From the NCBI GenBank assembly GCA_051294905.1, contig CM119376.1:8494001-8558000 (forward strand): DNA of 64,000 nt, given 5' to 3'. A model generated the notes under the pieces. That model saw only the letters and a list, made by a program, of their open reading frames with translations, ran no database searches and was not told the DNA's origin. Both the position numbers and the translations under genes were made by a program. Numbering within the stretch: the first letter of the stretch is position 1; every line of letters begins with the position of its first letter. Origin of the DNA: Botryllus schlosseri (taxonomy: Eukaryota). Positions 12,733-25,789 of the stretch are shown in pieces.

Positions 12733-13161
12733 AGTAGGCTAAAAGTTTATAGAACGGATCTACAGTTTTACTGCTGTGGAAAAATATGATTCAAAACACT
12801 CCACCGATACTTCACTTGACAAAATGAAGGTAAGAAAATATTACTACGCATTGTGAGATAGAAATCTCATGGCATTGTAGCCTACATTGTGTGTGTCGTG
12901 TCTTGTTCGGATAAAAATATAATCTGAAGATTATCTTATCTTACTTGCAATACAGTCATAAATATCAAGTCTAGGAACTAGAGCCTCAGGTATCCGTGAT
13001 GGAACGCCTTTTCATGCAGAATATTTTCAGATGACATGGTATTTAAAGTACATACCCAGCAGGCAGTCAGGTTACATGTCTGTTTTTGAATTACTTGATA
13101 TTTTCTTATTTACATTGAGTTAGCTGAAGAGCTTCTTGGAGGCAGAGAAGTTCAATACTGG

Positions 13162-13409
13162 TATACAATTGAGTAGTATATTCACATTAAAATGAACCAG
13201 AATATTTTCGGTTGTCACTCATCAGGGGTTATGGTCAGCAACTATAGTAAAAAATTGGTAAGAACATTGTATATGAACAATCGTGTAACACAAAATACGA
13301 CGTCACAGGCGTAAAATTTCGAATAATCGGGGTGGAGAGAGCGCTCAAGCTCAATGTATTCGGGTTCATTTCAATATGAATATCTTCAGTATCAGTATTC
13401 AATTGTATA
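13162..13409. mobile_element. Small inverted-repeat element (MITE-like) upstream of CDCA7
   Basis: TATACAATTGAGTAGTATATTCACATTAAAATGAACC is imperfectly inverted at 13361-13409. The same arm recurs at ~39525-39565. Confidence 0.55.
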
Positions 13410-15017
13410 TAGTGAATTAGATCTAAACACCTATTATGGCTTGAATTTAGTTATCTGTTGTCAGTTGTATTACTCAAATATCAAGCAGCAGAATGGACAC
13501 ATTTCTCGAACATACAATGTGGCAAAGACATTATCAGAGACCTTTTTGGCTATAAGAACGTATTATTCGGAATGCGGACTTGATTTAACTAGTTCGATTG
13601 GTTTGATACCGGTAGGCCAGAAAAATAAAACGATATCAAGTTGATTACTCATTCTAACTGGATACAATGAAATAAAATCGGAGTAGGCTACGCTATACAA
13701 TCTACACGTAGACGCAGCGAGGATGGATGACCCCAAACGTCGTGATCAGCCTGATTGGAATCGCTGGCCTTTTTGCCTGATATATCAGGTGAACAGCGAT
13801 GATTTTCCAAGTTAAAGCAATTTAATAAAAAATAGAATATAGTGTGAGCACAGGACACGGATTCCATACAGGGTGCTCACTGCTCAGTGGTCTCTTGCTA
13901 AGTTGCGACAGTAGACAGACTTTGCCATACAAATACGACCAGCACGCAGCTGTAGTCTCGTCACGCCACTAAATTGGACCATGCATGCGAGGGATATTTC
14001 TATCGTGCGCACTGCGCAATCAATTGCAGAAAACTTTAACAATCAACATATTATTCGCATTCGCATCAGGTCAATGTGACAAACACGATGTTACGACCGT
14101 TGTGTTGCATTGATCCTGGGGTAAGTGGCATATTGTTCTAAATAACATATCCACACCAGGAACTACATGAAATATTTTTGTACCAATAAATAACTTTCAA
14201 ATATAGCTTTACCCGATTCGATTGCTGCTTTGCATTGCATATTGTCGCTTGCCAGGCGGAAAGGTTTGCGTTAGTTCGCGCCACACGGGTGATTCCCCAT
14301 TTAAATGCACGTTTACTGAAACCATTGATATCGAAAACTCATGTGTATTCTGGAATTTATGGTCTAATTATACTTGACGGGTCAATTACTCGACTTGGAC
14401 TCCAGTCATTGCGCATCACTCCAACCAAGTCATATGAATCGAGACTCGTACGACCAAGACCGACATTTCATTGTAATTTTGAAGAATAGTAAAGTATCCA
14501 CAACGCTGTGCATTTGGGCGTCCTCCGAGGACCAGATGAGTAGCCCGCTATCCTGCTCTAAAAATAGATCGAATAGCAGCATTCACCAATATTCGTCAGT
14601 GAGCTTTTAAATATATAGATTGATTTATTTAGCTATTCTTGTTTAAATCACACTATCATTATTGTCCTCTTTATGACTTTTCTGAAAGTGTCCCCGGAGG
14701 ACGCCCAAATGTCCTCTTTTTGAGGTTATGTCCTCTTTTTTGAGAATTTGAGAGACTAATTGAGAAACTAATTGCCAAAGTCTCGCTTTCGGCATATTCA
14801 TATTTCTTAGTCATTAGTAGTGTGAAACAGCATCCCGCCGGCTATCCGACAGTCGCCTATAGCAGGTCCACATTCATATCGAAATACAAGCAATCTCTAC
14901 TGAATCAATACTAGTCAATCCTCAAGATTACCGGACCAAGCCTACCAACATATGCACCATTCCTTTTTGTCGCTTCCTTTTATGATCTCCTTTTTTAAAC
15001 CCAGTGTAGGCCTACAT

Positions 15018-16326
15018 CAGTGTCGGGATGACTCGACTCATATAACTTGACTCGAGTCACTTTATAAAAAATGACTTAATTGGCTTGACTTGATTCGACG
15101 TTCCAGAAATGTGGATTGACTCGTGAGTCGTGACTCGGAGCAAAATTTATGAGTCAATTTCAAGTCATCAAGTAACGGTGTTAATAAAATGACTGATCTT
15201 GCATATATTCGGATTGTTCACGATACGTTGGTATGACCTGTGAGTGTGAGCAATCACTCAATTATTGCGCGTTTTACTGAGCCTTCATTGTTATATCACA
15301 AATAAATTGACCGCAAACGAAGTGATCGGAGCTAACAGCTTACGTAAGAGTGTTGGGATCAAGTCACTATCTTCGAGTCACGAGTCATTTCGAGTCATTG
15401 CACATTTTGACTCGAGTCAAGTCAAGTCCATCGATTTTCGAAGGTGACTCGAGTCAAGTCAAGTCACTCGATTTTTGGAGGTGACTCGAGTCAAGTCGAG
15501 TCAAGTCAAGTCAAGTCACGAGTCAAGTTACGATTCAAGTCAAATTGTCTTTTCGAAAGTATGAGGCATGATTTCGTCATTGCATTTTGCTAGCTGTCTG
15601 ATTAACAGATTAATGTGGTCATTGATTCTGAACCGATGAACGAATATAAAGTTAAATATACACGCAAGAAGGCACTGTATCGCTCCCATATAGGCATATA
15701 CGTAGAACTGTTCAACTACGTAAGTAATTGCATAGCCTCAGTTTATAGTTACCAGCCAAACTTGAAAAACGAATTGATAAGATGCAATACATTACTCATT
15801 TACATGTTGATGTGATACCATTCGAGCCTACACGAATGGTTGAGGATTATATAAACTATATATTCGAATTCAACTTCAATAAAACAAGAGGTTTGGTTAA
15901 GGTATAAGAACAGAAAACAGAAATGAATATTATGCTATTAAAATACCTCACTACTAGTTTACGACAACCTAAGCTGTACGCTTCAATTACTACGTGTGTG
16001 GTTATTTTATTTATGTGAGACAATGGTGGCTCAGTGACACACACCATCATTGAGTGATTTGTCGCTCTCACGGGTTACACCAGCGTTTCGCGAACAATCC
16101 GAACATATGGAAGATACAGTGATTTTTATCGACACCGATTACTTGATGACTTGAAATTGACTCGTGAATTTTGCTCCGAGTCACGAGTCAATCCACATTT
16201 TTGATGCGCCGAGTCAAGTCAAGTCAAGTCATTTTTGCAAAGTGACTCGAGTCAAGTCAAGTCATACGAAAAAGGTGACTCGAGTCTGACTCGAGTCAAG
16301 TCATGACTCGAGTCATCCCAACACTG
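15018..16326. mobile_element. hAT-type element, or two head-to-head ends, with ~170-bp inverted arms
   Basis: CAGTGTCGGGATGACTCGA and TCGAGTCATCCCAACACTG. 15018-15190 is the reverse complement of ~16130-16326. GAGTCAAGTC repeats at 15350-15545. No TSD. Confidence 0.7.
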
Positions 16327-16479
16327 ACGTAAGCTAGCTTACGTATCAGACTGTTCGGTTCATTGTGGTGAGTACGCACCTTAACGAAACCTCTTGTATG
16401 ATTTAAATGTAATTTCTAATATAGTTTATACGTTTATTACTCGTCGACCATCGGCGCAGGCTTCTCACGGATGAGTAGG

Positions 16480-18660
16480 TGGCTCGTGCATTGCATCATA
16501 TCAATTCGTTTCAACTTTCTGAGGTTTCGAGAAAGATTTCGACGTTTCAGGAATCGCACACGTGCATCTCATTTCCAAGGCAAAAGCACAGTACAATGAG
16601 AGATTTTTCAACAGACACAAAAAGGACACTCGAAAAACATTGTCAGGACTTAACTCTCTCCTACATCGGAAAAAAGGCCATAACTCTGTTTCGGAAATTG
16701 TGAATTCGGATAATGGAAACAAACTTTCAGACCCGGCAGCCATCGCGAATCACTTCAATGAATATTTTTGTAACGTAGGCCCTAATATTGCTTCTTCTAT
16801 TACAAAACCTGTGTCGGCCAGGCCAGAGGTCAGATTGATATCCCAGTCGATTGTGCTTGAACCTTCGACCAAATACGAAGTAGAAGTAGCCATCCACAAA
16901 CTGAAATCGCACAAGGCCGTCGGCTATGACCAAATCCCATCATGGTTTTTAAAAATGATAAGCCTGCATATCGGTCAATATATGGCCCATTTTTTCAACT
17001 TCATGATAGAAAATGGAGTCTACCCAAGCTATCTAAAAAAGCCAGAGTAGTCCCTGTACACAAAGCTGGGGATAGAACTAATATCACCAACTACCGTCCG
17101 ATATCCGTTCTCCCATGCATCGGGGTTGTATTCGAAAAGTTGCTCCTCTCCCGCCTGTCCTCATTCCTCGCCAAAATGTCTATCATTTCCCCTCAACAAT
17201 TTGGCTTCCGAAACAAACACCAAACCGCACATGTCCTCCTAACAGTGGCCGAGCAGTATTATGATATCTCAGAGAAGCGAAATGTGGGATGTAGCATTTT
17301 TCTCGATCTAAAAAAAGCGTTTGACTGCGTAGATCATAAAATTCTCATCTCGAAATTGGCGCGTTACGGACTTCGGGCCCACAACTTGAGCTCATGAAAA
17401 GTTACCTCACTGGACGCCAACAAATGGTTGCGATCTCAAACACATTGTCCTCTCATCACCTGGTGACCTGTGGTGTGCCCCAAGGCTCAGTACTTGTTGG
17501 ACCGGTCCTCTTCACCTTATATGTCAACGACATTTTTGAAACCTCCTCATTGAACACCACACTGTTCGATGATGATACTCACCTCCTCTCTTCCGCATCT
17601 TCGACGGCAGAGCTGGATGCCCTGACTGGTGACCAAATGCCTAAAGTCCATAAGTGGACGGCCAAGAACAACCTTTGCATAAACGCCTCGAAATCCCAAT
17701 TGCTGACAGTAAATTAAAAAAATAACCTAACCGTTAATATCGCTGTTCAGCCCGTTTCCAACACAGATAATGCCAAATATCTCGGGGTTTTACTGGACTC
17801 GAACATGTCCTGGAAGAGTCATATTCAGTCCCTAGAAACTAAATTATATCACCGAAGTGCGGCCTGTTCTACAGCCTTGGGCGCTTCATGCCTACATGGG
17901 TTCTTCTGATACTCTTTAAATCCTTAATCCAATCGAAGTTACATTATGGCATCCTCTGTTGGGGGGCTGCCAGTAAAACTGCACTCAAGCCACTGCAAAA
18001 ACTACAGCATAAAGCACTCCGAATCATAGCTAGGGTCCCAAAGGGGCCTGGCTGCCCATCCAATAAGTCGCTGCTGAAGAGATTCGGCGTCCTAAACATA
18101 GAAGATATGCGGAAACTAGAAATCGCCAAGTTTATGTATCAGTTTCACTGCGGTCGTTGCCCCGAATATTTCAATGACTTCTTTACCTCTGAATCAAAAG
18201 CGCACAAGTAGGCTACAACACACGCGCGTCCACGTCGTCCAAATATCATATGATCGACCGAAAAGATCATCGCTCTATCAAATATGCCGGACCTGATGTG
18301 TGCAACAGTATCCCGCCGGCCATCAGGCAGTCGACGAGCATGTCCAGATTCAAGTCGAAATACAAGCAATTACTACTAAATAAATACAGTCCATCCTCAA
18401 GATTACCGGACCACGACTGACCTATCGATCTCGCTTCCCATGACATGCCGCCCTATTTCTTGTTACTTCCTTTTTCTATACTATCTACTTTAATTTCATT
18501 CAGTGTGCATGCCTCCTCTTTACATCGCCTAGGCCAAGGTGGGTGTCTGATTCCATAGACAACTCCTAGTCGCTTCGACATCTTCCTTTCTTTTCATAGT
18601 ATCGCATTTTTTGTGGTGTATTGAACTGATAAAATAGCTAATAAACCAATGATGATGATT
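16480..18660 (+). mobile_element. 5'-truncated, decayed non-LTR retrotransposon (CR1/L2-group ORF2, RT domain)
   Basis: [34 protein letters not shown], degenerate FADD (LFDDDT), KYLGV across several frameshifted ORFs. 3' AATAAA plus (ATG)n tail at ~18640-18658. Confidence 0.92.
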
Positions 18661-18877
18661 ATATATTCTGACTGATAAAATTATAGACTGCGACTGTACA
18701 GTTACTTATAAGTAGGCTATAGTTTAGCAGTTCTAGGCCTACTTATGCGTGAACGATAAGATGCCTTTTTGCATGTTTATTAAACTCTATATTCGCCCAG
18801 CCTTCCAAAATAAAGGCAACTTTCAAGCAGCTATCAAAATGCAATGAAGTAAGTATGCTTAGTACTGCGATAAATCA

Positions 18878-18990
18878 ACTTGACTTGACTTGACTTGACT
18901 TGACTTGACTTGACTTGACTTGACTTGAATTGACTCGACTTGACTCGATTCACCTTAAAAAACCGAATGACTTGACTTGACTACGACCTA
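18878..18990. repeat. (TTGAC)n pentamer array, remnant of hAT subterminal repeats
   Basis: About 10 near-perfect ACTTG units grading into TTGACTCG, the motif of the elements above. Confidence 0.8.
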
Positions 18991-19929
18991 CTGATCGAGA
19001 AGCCGGACGCATAACCATTACACTATCTACATTATCACCCATAATCGTTACAATGAATATATAGTGTGACTTTTCTGCTGTTCCCATTTATAGTAGGGTC
19101 ACCATATGTTCTCCTTTAAGAGGATTTGTCATCCATCTTCAGGAAATCGAAAATGCCCTCCGTTTTGGAAATCCTTCCTTCTTTATAGCTTTGAAAGTCA
19201 GGGTAACGGATATGCTGAATTAAAAAAACGCCGTAAATGACGCGAAATCAGTAATGTGGACGTTATTCGAGCGGGTCATTCGGGAGTAGGACCGGAAAAC
19301 TACACTCTTTTTAGTCAACACCACATGGATATATATATCCCTGCAACATCACACCAGTGACATTTGTTGCCTGTGGTATTCATGGTGTTTGTCAACTTCT
19401 ATGGTCATTTACACCAGGCCAATTTTCATCATTTTATTCCGTAGCTGCCGACTTGTAGCACGGTACACTAGTAGGCTTTTTATAAGACACCGCTTATACA
19501 CGGGGGATATGGCCTGGAGGAACCTAAATAAACCTCCGGCATCTCATTAGTAAGGCACGCAGCATCAGGAACACAAAGAGGAGTCGACACACTCGATCTT
19601 GAATAAGTGACGGTTGAGACGACAGTGGACTAGCCGAAGACGAAATAAAAACCACTCATGGAAGCATATACATTCGCAAATCGCTATACACTTTCTCTCG
19701 ACATCTCAGTGCCGATTCGAAATAAATAATTCGTAATTCAATTCAATTCAATTGTATTTTACAGGCTCCGGAAACCGTAATATTTCACTTCCGTTCGAAT
19801 TTACTGGTAACCGGGATGAAACTTTCATTATTATCGTACAATCGATACGCTCATGCGATGTTTCATATTATTTACACTCACCGTAAATACTATTTAATTT
19901 TGTTTCGCGGTGATATATACTTATGCGCT

Positions 19930-20140
19930 GCCCGTCACAGCGGGTTGTCCGTGTGGCGTGCGCTGACCGTGAAATCCCTCATGAGTAGCAACCGGAGCGT
20001 GGATGAAGCTTGCCGAGTTGCAATTAATCGAGTTGTGCCCCGTGATGACGATAGCCCAGAGTAGAGGCAGACGTCGTAGGCACCTGACGCGTTCTCCACA
20101 TCTGTAGACTTCCTTTTGTGTTTACGCACAACAACAATAT
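19930..20140 (+). mobile_element. SINE-like repeat with (AAC)n tail
   Basis: 3' ~120 bp is homologous to the reverse complement of 29507-29625 and ends ACAACAACAA. Confidence 0.6.
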
Positions 20141-20558
20141 TCAGATTGGTCCAACGCAGGGGTTGGCAGTCCTGCTTCATACGCGATTCGCATATAAAAA
20201 TCTTGGCTTAAAAGAAGTAACAACACAAAAATTCAAAATACGAATTTATTACGTCACAATGAAATGTGGGCTATCGAATGAAGTTTTTTTGTGTGGTGAT
20301 ACGGTGCGTCTCCACCTTGGCTGCATGTGTGTTCGATATCAAGCTGATATGACGTCAGAGTAGTGAGCAGCAGTTCCTTTAATCGCGGCTGAGCATTTAA
20401 GGAAGATTTATGCTCAGTAATCTTTTTCTTCCGTGAATCTGTCTTCGCTGAGTAACTCGTGGCAAAGTTTTGGTGTTTGGTGTCGTAATAACGTTTCAAG
20501 TTACTAGCTTTGTAATTATTGAGCGAATCTTGACAGTTCAGGCCAATGATATCCAGAG

Positions 20559-22121
20559 CAGAGTTGGATCAATTGTAATTTGTAATTGTAATTGAATGTA
20601 ATCAATTACATTTTTCAATGTAATTGTAATGTAATTGTAATTGAAGCATTTTTATTTTGTGTAATTGTAATTGTAATTGTAATTTGACAAAAATTTTGCT
20701 CCATTACAATTTCAATTACATTAAATTGCTATTGAGACCTGACAAGCACAACATAAAATAATTGACTTATAATGCATTCTCGTTAAATGTCGACAAGGAA
20801 TTTGGTGGATCCATTCGCGGAAGCCCTAGACTGCGCCCTTGCGGGCGAAGTTTTTTTTATATTTACCGCTATGCTGGCCTCGGCTGCCATTGTATACAAT
20901 TTTTAGATTACTAACCAACGGATGGATTCGCAACACGTGACTCGCGATTGAATACGCCGAGAATCGAACTGCTGAGCCGGCTAAAAGCAGCAGCATTGAT
21001 AGTCCCATAGCTGGCGATCCAAGCGTCGAAATTTGATATGTATGGTCCTAATCGAAAGCTAGTGTCGCACTGGTTCCGCAATAAAAGTATATTTCCAGGC
21101 AATGGTACCATCCCAAAATAGTCGTGAAAGTCTGGGAATCAGCATTGTTCTGAACAATCGCTGGGCGTAATTGGTAATTGTTGTGGTCATGCTGCTGCAG
21201 CGCTCTCACTTTTCAGAACAGTCGGCCTTAAACGGCTATTTTGGAGCAGTTGTATTGCACTGACGAGATTTTATTTTGTATTTTCGGAATTAGTACATCA
21301 ATAACTTACGATGAAGACCAGATGCATCAAATTTGGACGCATGGATCGCCAGCTCTAGGACTACAAAGTTGCTGCTTTTAGCCGGCTCTGCAGTACGTTT
21401 GTCGGTGCATTCATCCGTGACTCACATCTTGCGCATCTATCCGTGGGTTGGCAATCTACAATACGATTTCAGATCACGATGCTGCATCGTTATTTCGTCT
21501 GGCTAACTAACCAGACCACTGGATATTATATAACGTCTTATCTGACAAAGCACGGTTTTGTTTTTACTGCTCATCCTAATTCCTACGTCCCTCAATAAAA
21601 ATAATATTATTTCTTTAATTATATACTATATACGCAAATCCAACACATGCATACATTATAATACTTTTTCAACGACATACTGCAGCCTATCCTTAATCCT
21701 AACCCATAGGAAATTAGGTAAATAACATTTTTCATTTCCAATTACGTGAGCCATAATTACCGAGCATACAAAACAAGCTTATATTACGTCACAATGACAT
21801 CTTACATAGCATACTATGTACGCACATAAGCGCATTTATTACTACACAATCTGAACTTGACTTGAATTGTTGTTAAATACGACGCTACGGTTGTCAAGGA
21901 GCACGGTTGAATATATGATTATTCAATTACATGTTCAACAGCAGCAATTGTAATTGTAATTGTAATGTAATTGAAGCATGCAAGGAGTAATTGTAATTGT
22001 AATTGTAATTTGATATTTTTAGCATGGAGTAATTGTAATTGTAATGTAATTGAAACATTCATGAAAGTAATTGTAATTGTAATTGTAATTGAACTAAAAT
22101 AATGTAATTGATCCAACTCTG
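20559..22121. mobile_element. Non-autonomous hAT element A (CAGAGTTGGATCAATT TIR, GTAATT subterminal repeats)
   Basis: 16-bp perfect TIR, exact TSD ATCCAGAG (20551-20558 / 22122-22129). Confidence 0.92.
20895..21480. repeat. Long-arm inverted repeat inside element A
   Basis: ~20900-21040 is the reverse complement of ~21328-21475 at roughly 80% identity by eye, with a ~290-bp spacer. Confidence 0.75.
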
Positions 22122-23390
22122 ATCCAGAGGTGGTCAAAGTAGTCAAGAAAGCTACTCAAGTAGAAGTAGAAGTAGCGACGAAAAAATCTACTCAAGTACG
22201 AGTAGAAGTACTTCTTCCACAAGCCACTTAAAACTACTTGAAGTAGAAGTAGAATTGACTAACTTTAAATCTACTCAAGTAGGTAAGTAGTTTTGAAAAC
22301 AGTCTTAATTCGTTCGCATGGACTGTAAAAAGCTGCAAATTGAGCTATGCGGAAGATGCAGAGAGCTTGATTCGTATTGATGCATCCCAGGAGGAAGGTA
22401 TCAATTTTCGACAGAATAAGCATTCTTTCGCATCATGGGATGCAAGTTATAGTATTGATATGAAAATGCGATACTAACTCTTTGTTTACTAGAAGACCCC
22501 GTTGCGAATATCATGGCATGGTGCCCTACCCCAAGTTTAGGCGAAGAGCAATACGGGGAAGTTGTATCGGATACGGTTTCGACACTTTGCGCGATTATAG
22601 TATACGTTAATAACAAATATTGCGGATCGTAAAATTTATATTTTACTGTAGCTTTATTTTCGGAAAACAGAGGCATTTGCTTTTATGCTTCAACATGTAT
22701 GTTCTGCAGACAAAAGAACTAAAAGTAATTAGAACTAAAAATGTGATACTCGGAATTAAAAGTGAAATACAAATTCCACTTCTAAAAAGCGGAAAATATA
22801 TTTCATGTCTTTTGTCCATAAAGCTTCAAAGGTGAACTGCTAAAACAGGTGTAACGTTCAAAAAAGTCGGATTTTCCAGATGAGCAGGACATATCGTGGG
22901 CAACTAAACTAGATTACGATATGATAGATAATTGCTAGATTGTGAAACAGTAGTTTCAAACGTTATTTACTAGGATGAGATATTTGATATGGGCGACAAT
23001 GCAGTGTGAGCGGAACCAAGCAATGCGGTACCTAAATTATATTCACTGATAATTTCGTGAAATCATATTGCCGCTCCATAACTACTGGGCGCGAAGCGCA
23101 ACAAAATGTCCGGGCTTTACTTGACTTTTATGAATATTAAATGTTGGTACTTCGTGAAAACAGCCCCGGAATTCCTCAGGCTATCTTTCGTATTGGGGGA
23201 ATAAACCACTTCTACTTGACAAACTGAAAATAGCGAAAAGTAAGTAAGTAGATCACAAAATATTACGAAGTAAAAGTAGAAGTAGAGAAAGTGAGATCTA
23301 CTTGAGTAAGTACCAGAAGTAGAGGAATACTACTGGAGTACTTCCAAAAAGTAGAAGTACTTCGTTACTGACCACCTCTGATGATATCTA

Positions 23391-24000
23391 CACTGTAAAA
23401 ACTGTGGCCACCTTACAGAGGTGTTTCAAAAATCACCCAAAGGAGGTGGTATTTTCTCCACCCGTAAAGGGTGGTGGACTCCCCCACCTATTTTAGGTGG
23501 AAAATTTCCCTCCCCTATGCTATCGGTAAACCACCTCATCAGCCTATCCAGATACCACCTCATCCTATCCGGATGTCTTCGTCAAACGACGTAGATGCGC
23601 ACAAAATCCGAATTAAATCTTCATAATTCACGTTGACATAAATCACAACATGGCCATTATTCCAAAACTTTATTTTTAAATTAGTCACAGATTTTACCAA
23701 GTTTGGTGCGAACAGCAGAACTCATCTCTTTCAACAGTGTGCTAGAACTGATATGAAAGTGAGGGAATTTCTGATGTTTGTCGAAAACTGTATATCGAAT
23801 ATCCAGTAGACTGAAAGCATCACTGCAAATCCCTCATGGAAGCTGTTGATATCTCGGACTGTCTCCTTATCAAAGTAGATGGCCCACTCCTTCTTTTCCA
23901 CAGCAGAACAAATTGTAAGGTAGGCTGATCTGGGCATCTGAAGAAAGGTTTGGTATTGTGAAACAGGTTAAACATACATATTGGCAGCGTATTATAACTA
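23391..24000 (-). mobile_element. Probable CMC/EnSpm (CACTG-ended) transposon remnant with an accessory-ORF exon
   Basis: CACTGTAAAAA terminus at 23391. Minus-strand exon 23937-23731 after a ctttcttcag acceptor encodes AIYFDKETV...SFHEGFAVMLSVYWIFDIQF...SLTFI, resembling the C-terminal domain of animal CMC accessory proteins. The second TIR was not found. Confidence 0.45.
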
Positions 24001-25789
24001 TTCAAAAATACATGCTCACTTGAGTAGTATCAAAAGACTGTCAAACTACTTCTACTTGTAGCTGGTTTACAACATAACTCGTACCGAGTAAAATTATGTC
24101 TTCCTACTTCTACTTCAGTATAGCCTTGTTAACTGCGTTTAACGCCACTGGCTCGGGCATATGAACATTAGATGGACTTGACAACCAGGTGTTAGTCAGC
24201 AGCTCACGCTGACACCAACTTTTTGTCGTCACCATGCCGACCTCTTTTTGACCGTCCAGTCCTGCGGGCTGGACACCCTCAAAAGTTTTTAAATTTGTAA
24301 CTCTGTTTTACTGCAACTGTCATGTTATTACTCATATTGAGTAAGTTGCGAATATGCATCTATCGAGTTGAAAAGTGGCCACCTTCGAAATACAGCTAAA
24401 ATTATGCGTTTAGTTCTACTTTTTGAAAAAGCTGTACTACTCAAGATGTCCACTTGAAGTATATAACATCTATAGATATCCCTGAGTTTAGGCACAGTTG
24501 CTTACCTTCATTATCACTGATTGCGAATGGAACAGTCGTAATCACCTTTGTATAATCGTGACGTCCGCTGTTTTGATTAATTTTCACAATGGTTTATCAT
24601 ATCAGCGATCGACGACCATTGACCATTGACCATGCACCATTGTTGCGGGTGAAAAGTTTATGTGAACTCGATTAGAGTGTTCAATTGCAAAGTTCCAACA
24701 CTGTACTGCACCTTCCCCTAAACCAGAGATGGGCACATATTTTTCTCCGCGGGTCAAATGAGAAGCAGAAAATACGTTGGTGGGCCGAGTCAAAAAGTTT
24801 AGCTGATGTGTTCTCCAGCGCATTCATTTTATATCGAAATTGAAAGCAGTGAATTACACTGTTATTAAATGCTGCTCAGTAGATGTGTCGATATTAGGGA
24901 CCTAGAAAGTCCCAGTTAATTACCAAAAAATAATATTTATTTGCCGTCATATGTCGAAACAGTGTTAAACATGAACTCTCTTTAGATCCCTATCCAACAA
25001 ACTGCTACTGTCGAACGTTCTTTCTCTATTCTTGGCAAGCTACTTAGACACTTTTAACAGTACTTGAAAATGTGACCAGAAACTGTAAAAATTGAGGGAA
25101 GTTGGTATATTATGAACGCGAAGCATATTTCATATCACCCAGATGAGTTGTAAAAATTCAGTTTCACAAGATTTCAACTCGACCATCACTGCTCGCCGAC
25201 TTCGACTAGGACTTGGCATGGTGGTGAAATGAAAATGACTCGACCTGACTCGAGTCAAAACTGTGAAAATGAGACTGACTTTGCGACATATTTTTTGCTT
25301 CCAGCAGATTTTTCTCGAATTCTTGGACACTTCTACCGGAGAATGTAAGAAAGTATCTTTCGTTGTACTACAACAAATTTAAAATTATTTCTACCATAAT
25401 ACGTGATGTAACTACTGGAATTCTTAATAGGGCCATATTTCGTCAAAATACCGTTTTTTCATGTACAAATTTGTCAGTTTTTGAGTCAAAAAATTTTTTT
25501 CAGGTTAAAATACGTCGTAAGGACAGGCAGTTCGAATCAGAAATGAAGGTAAGTAGTACAATTCTAACATTATGTGGGAAAACACCTAATTTGCATACGT
25601 TTGGTCAAAATTTGGCCAAAATGAAGTTTTTGTGGTCCGCACTTTTCCCAGGTCTGCCATAAACAAATCGTTTATTGTTAATACCCGATAGAATTCATCA
25701 GCTTAATCAAGTTAAACTTCTCTAGCAAAAGGACGAAATACATGTGCAATCATTGAAAAGCCGCAATCTAAGGCTCAAAGAGCCGCATG

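Larger units (their letters stand above)
20554..23380. mobile_element. Non-autonomous hAT element B (CAGAGGTGGTCA TIR, AGTAGA subterminal repeats)
   Basis: Exact TSD ATGATATC (20546-20553 / 23381-23388). The left TIR is split after 5 bp by element A and regenerated at 22125. Confidence 0.88.

Noticed and set aside
13465-13615. Plus-strand open segment including IQCGKDIIRDLFGY
   Set aside because: No second B-chain cysteine, a stop follows, and no coherent exon chain could be built.
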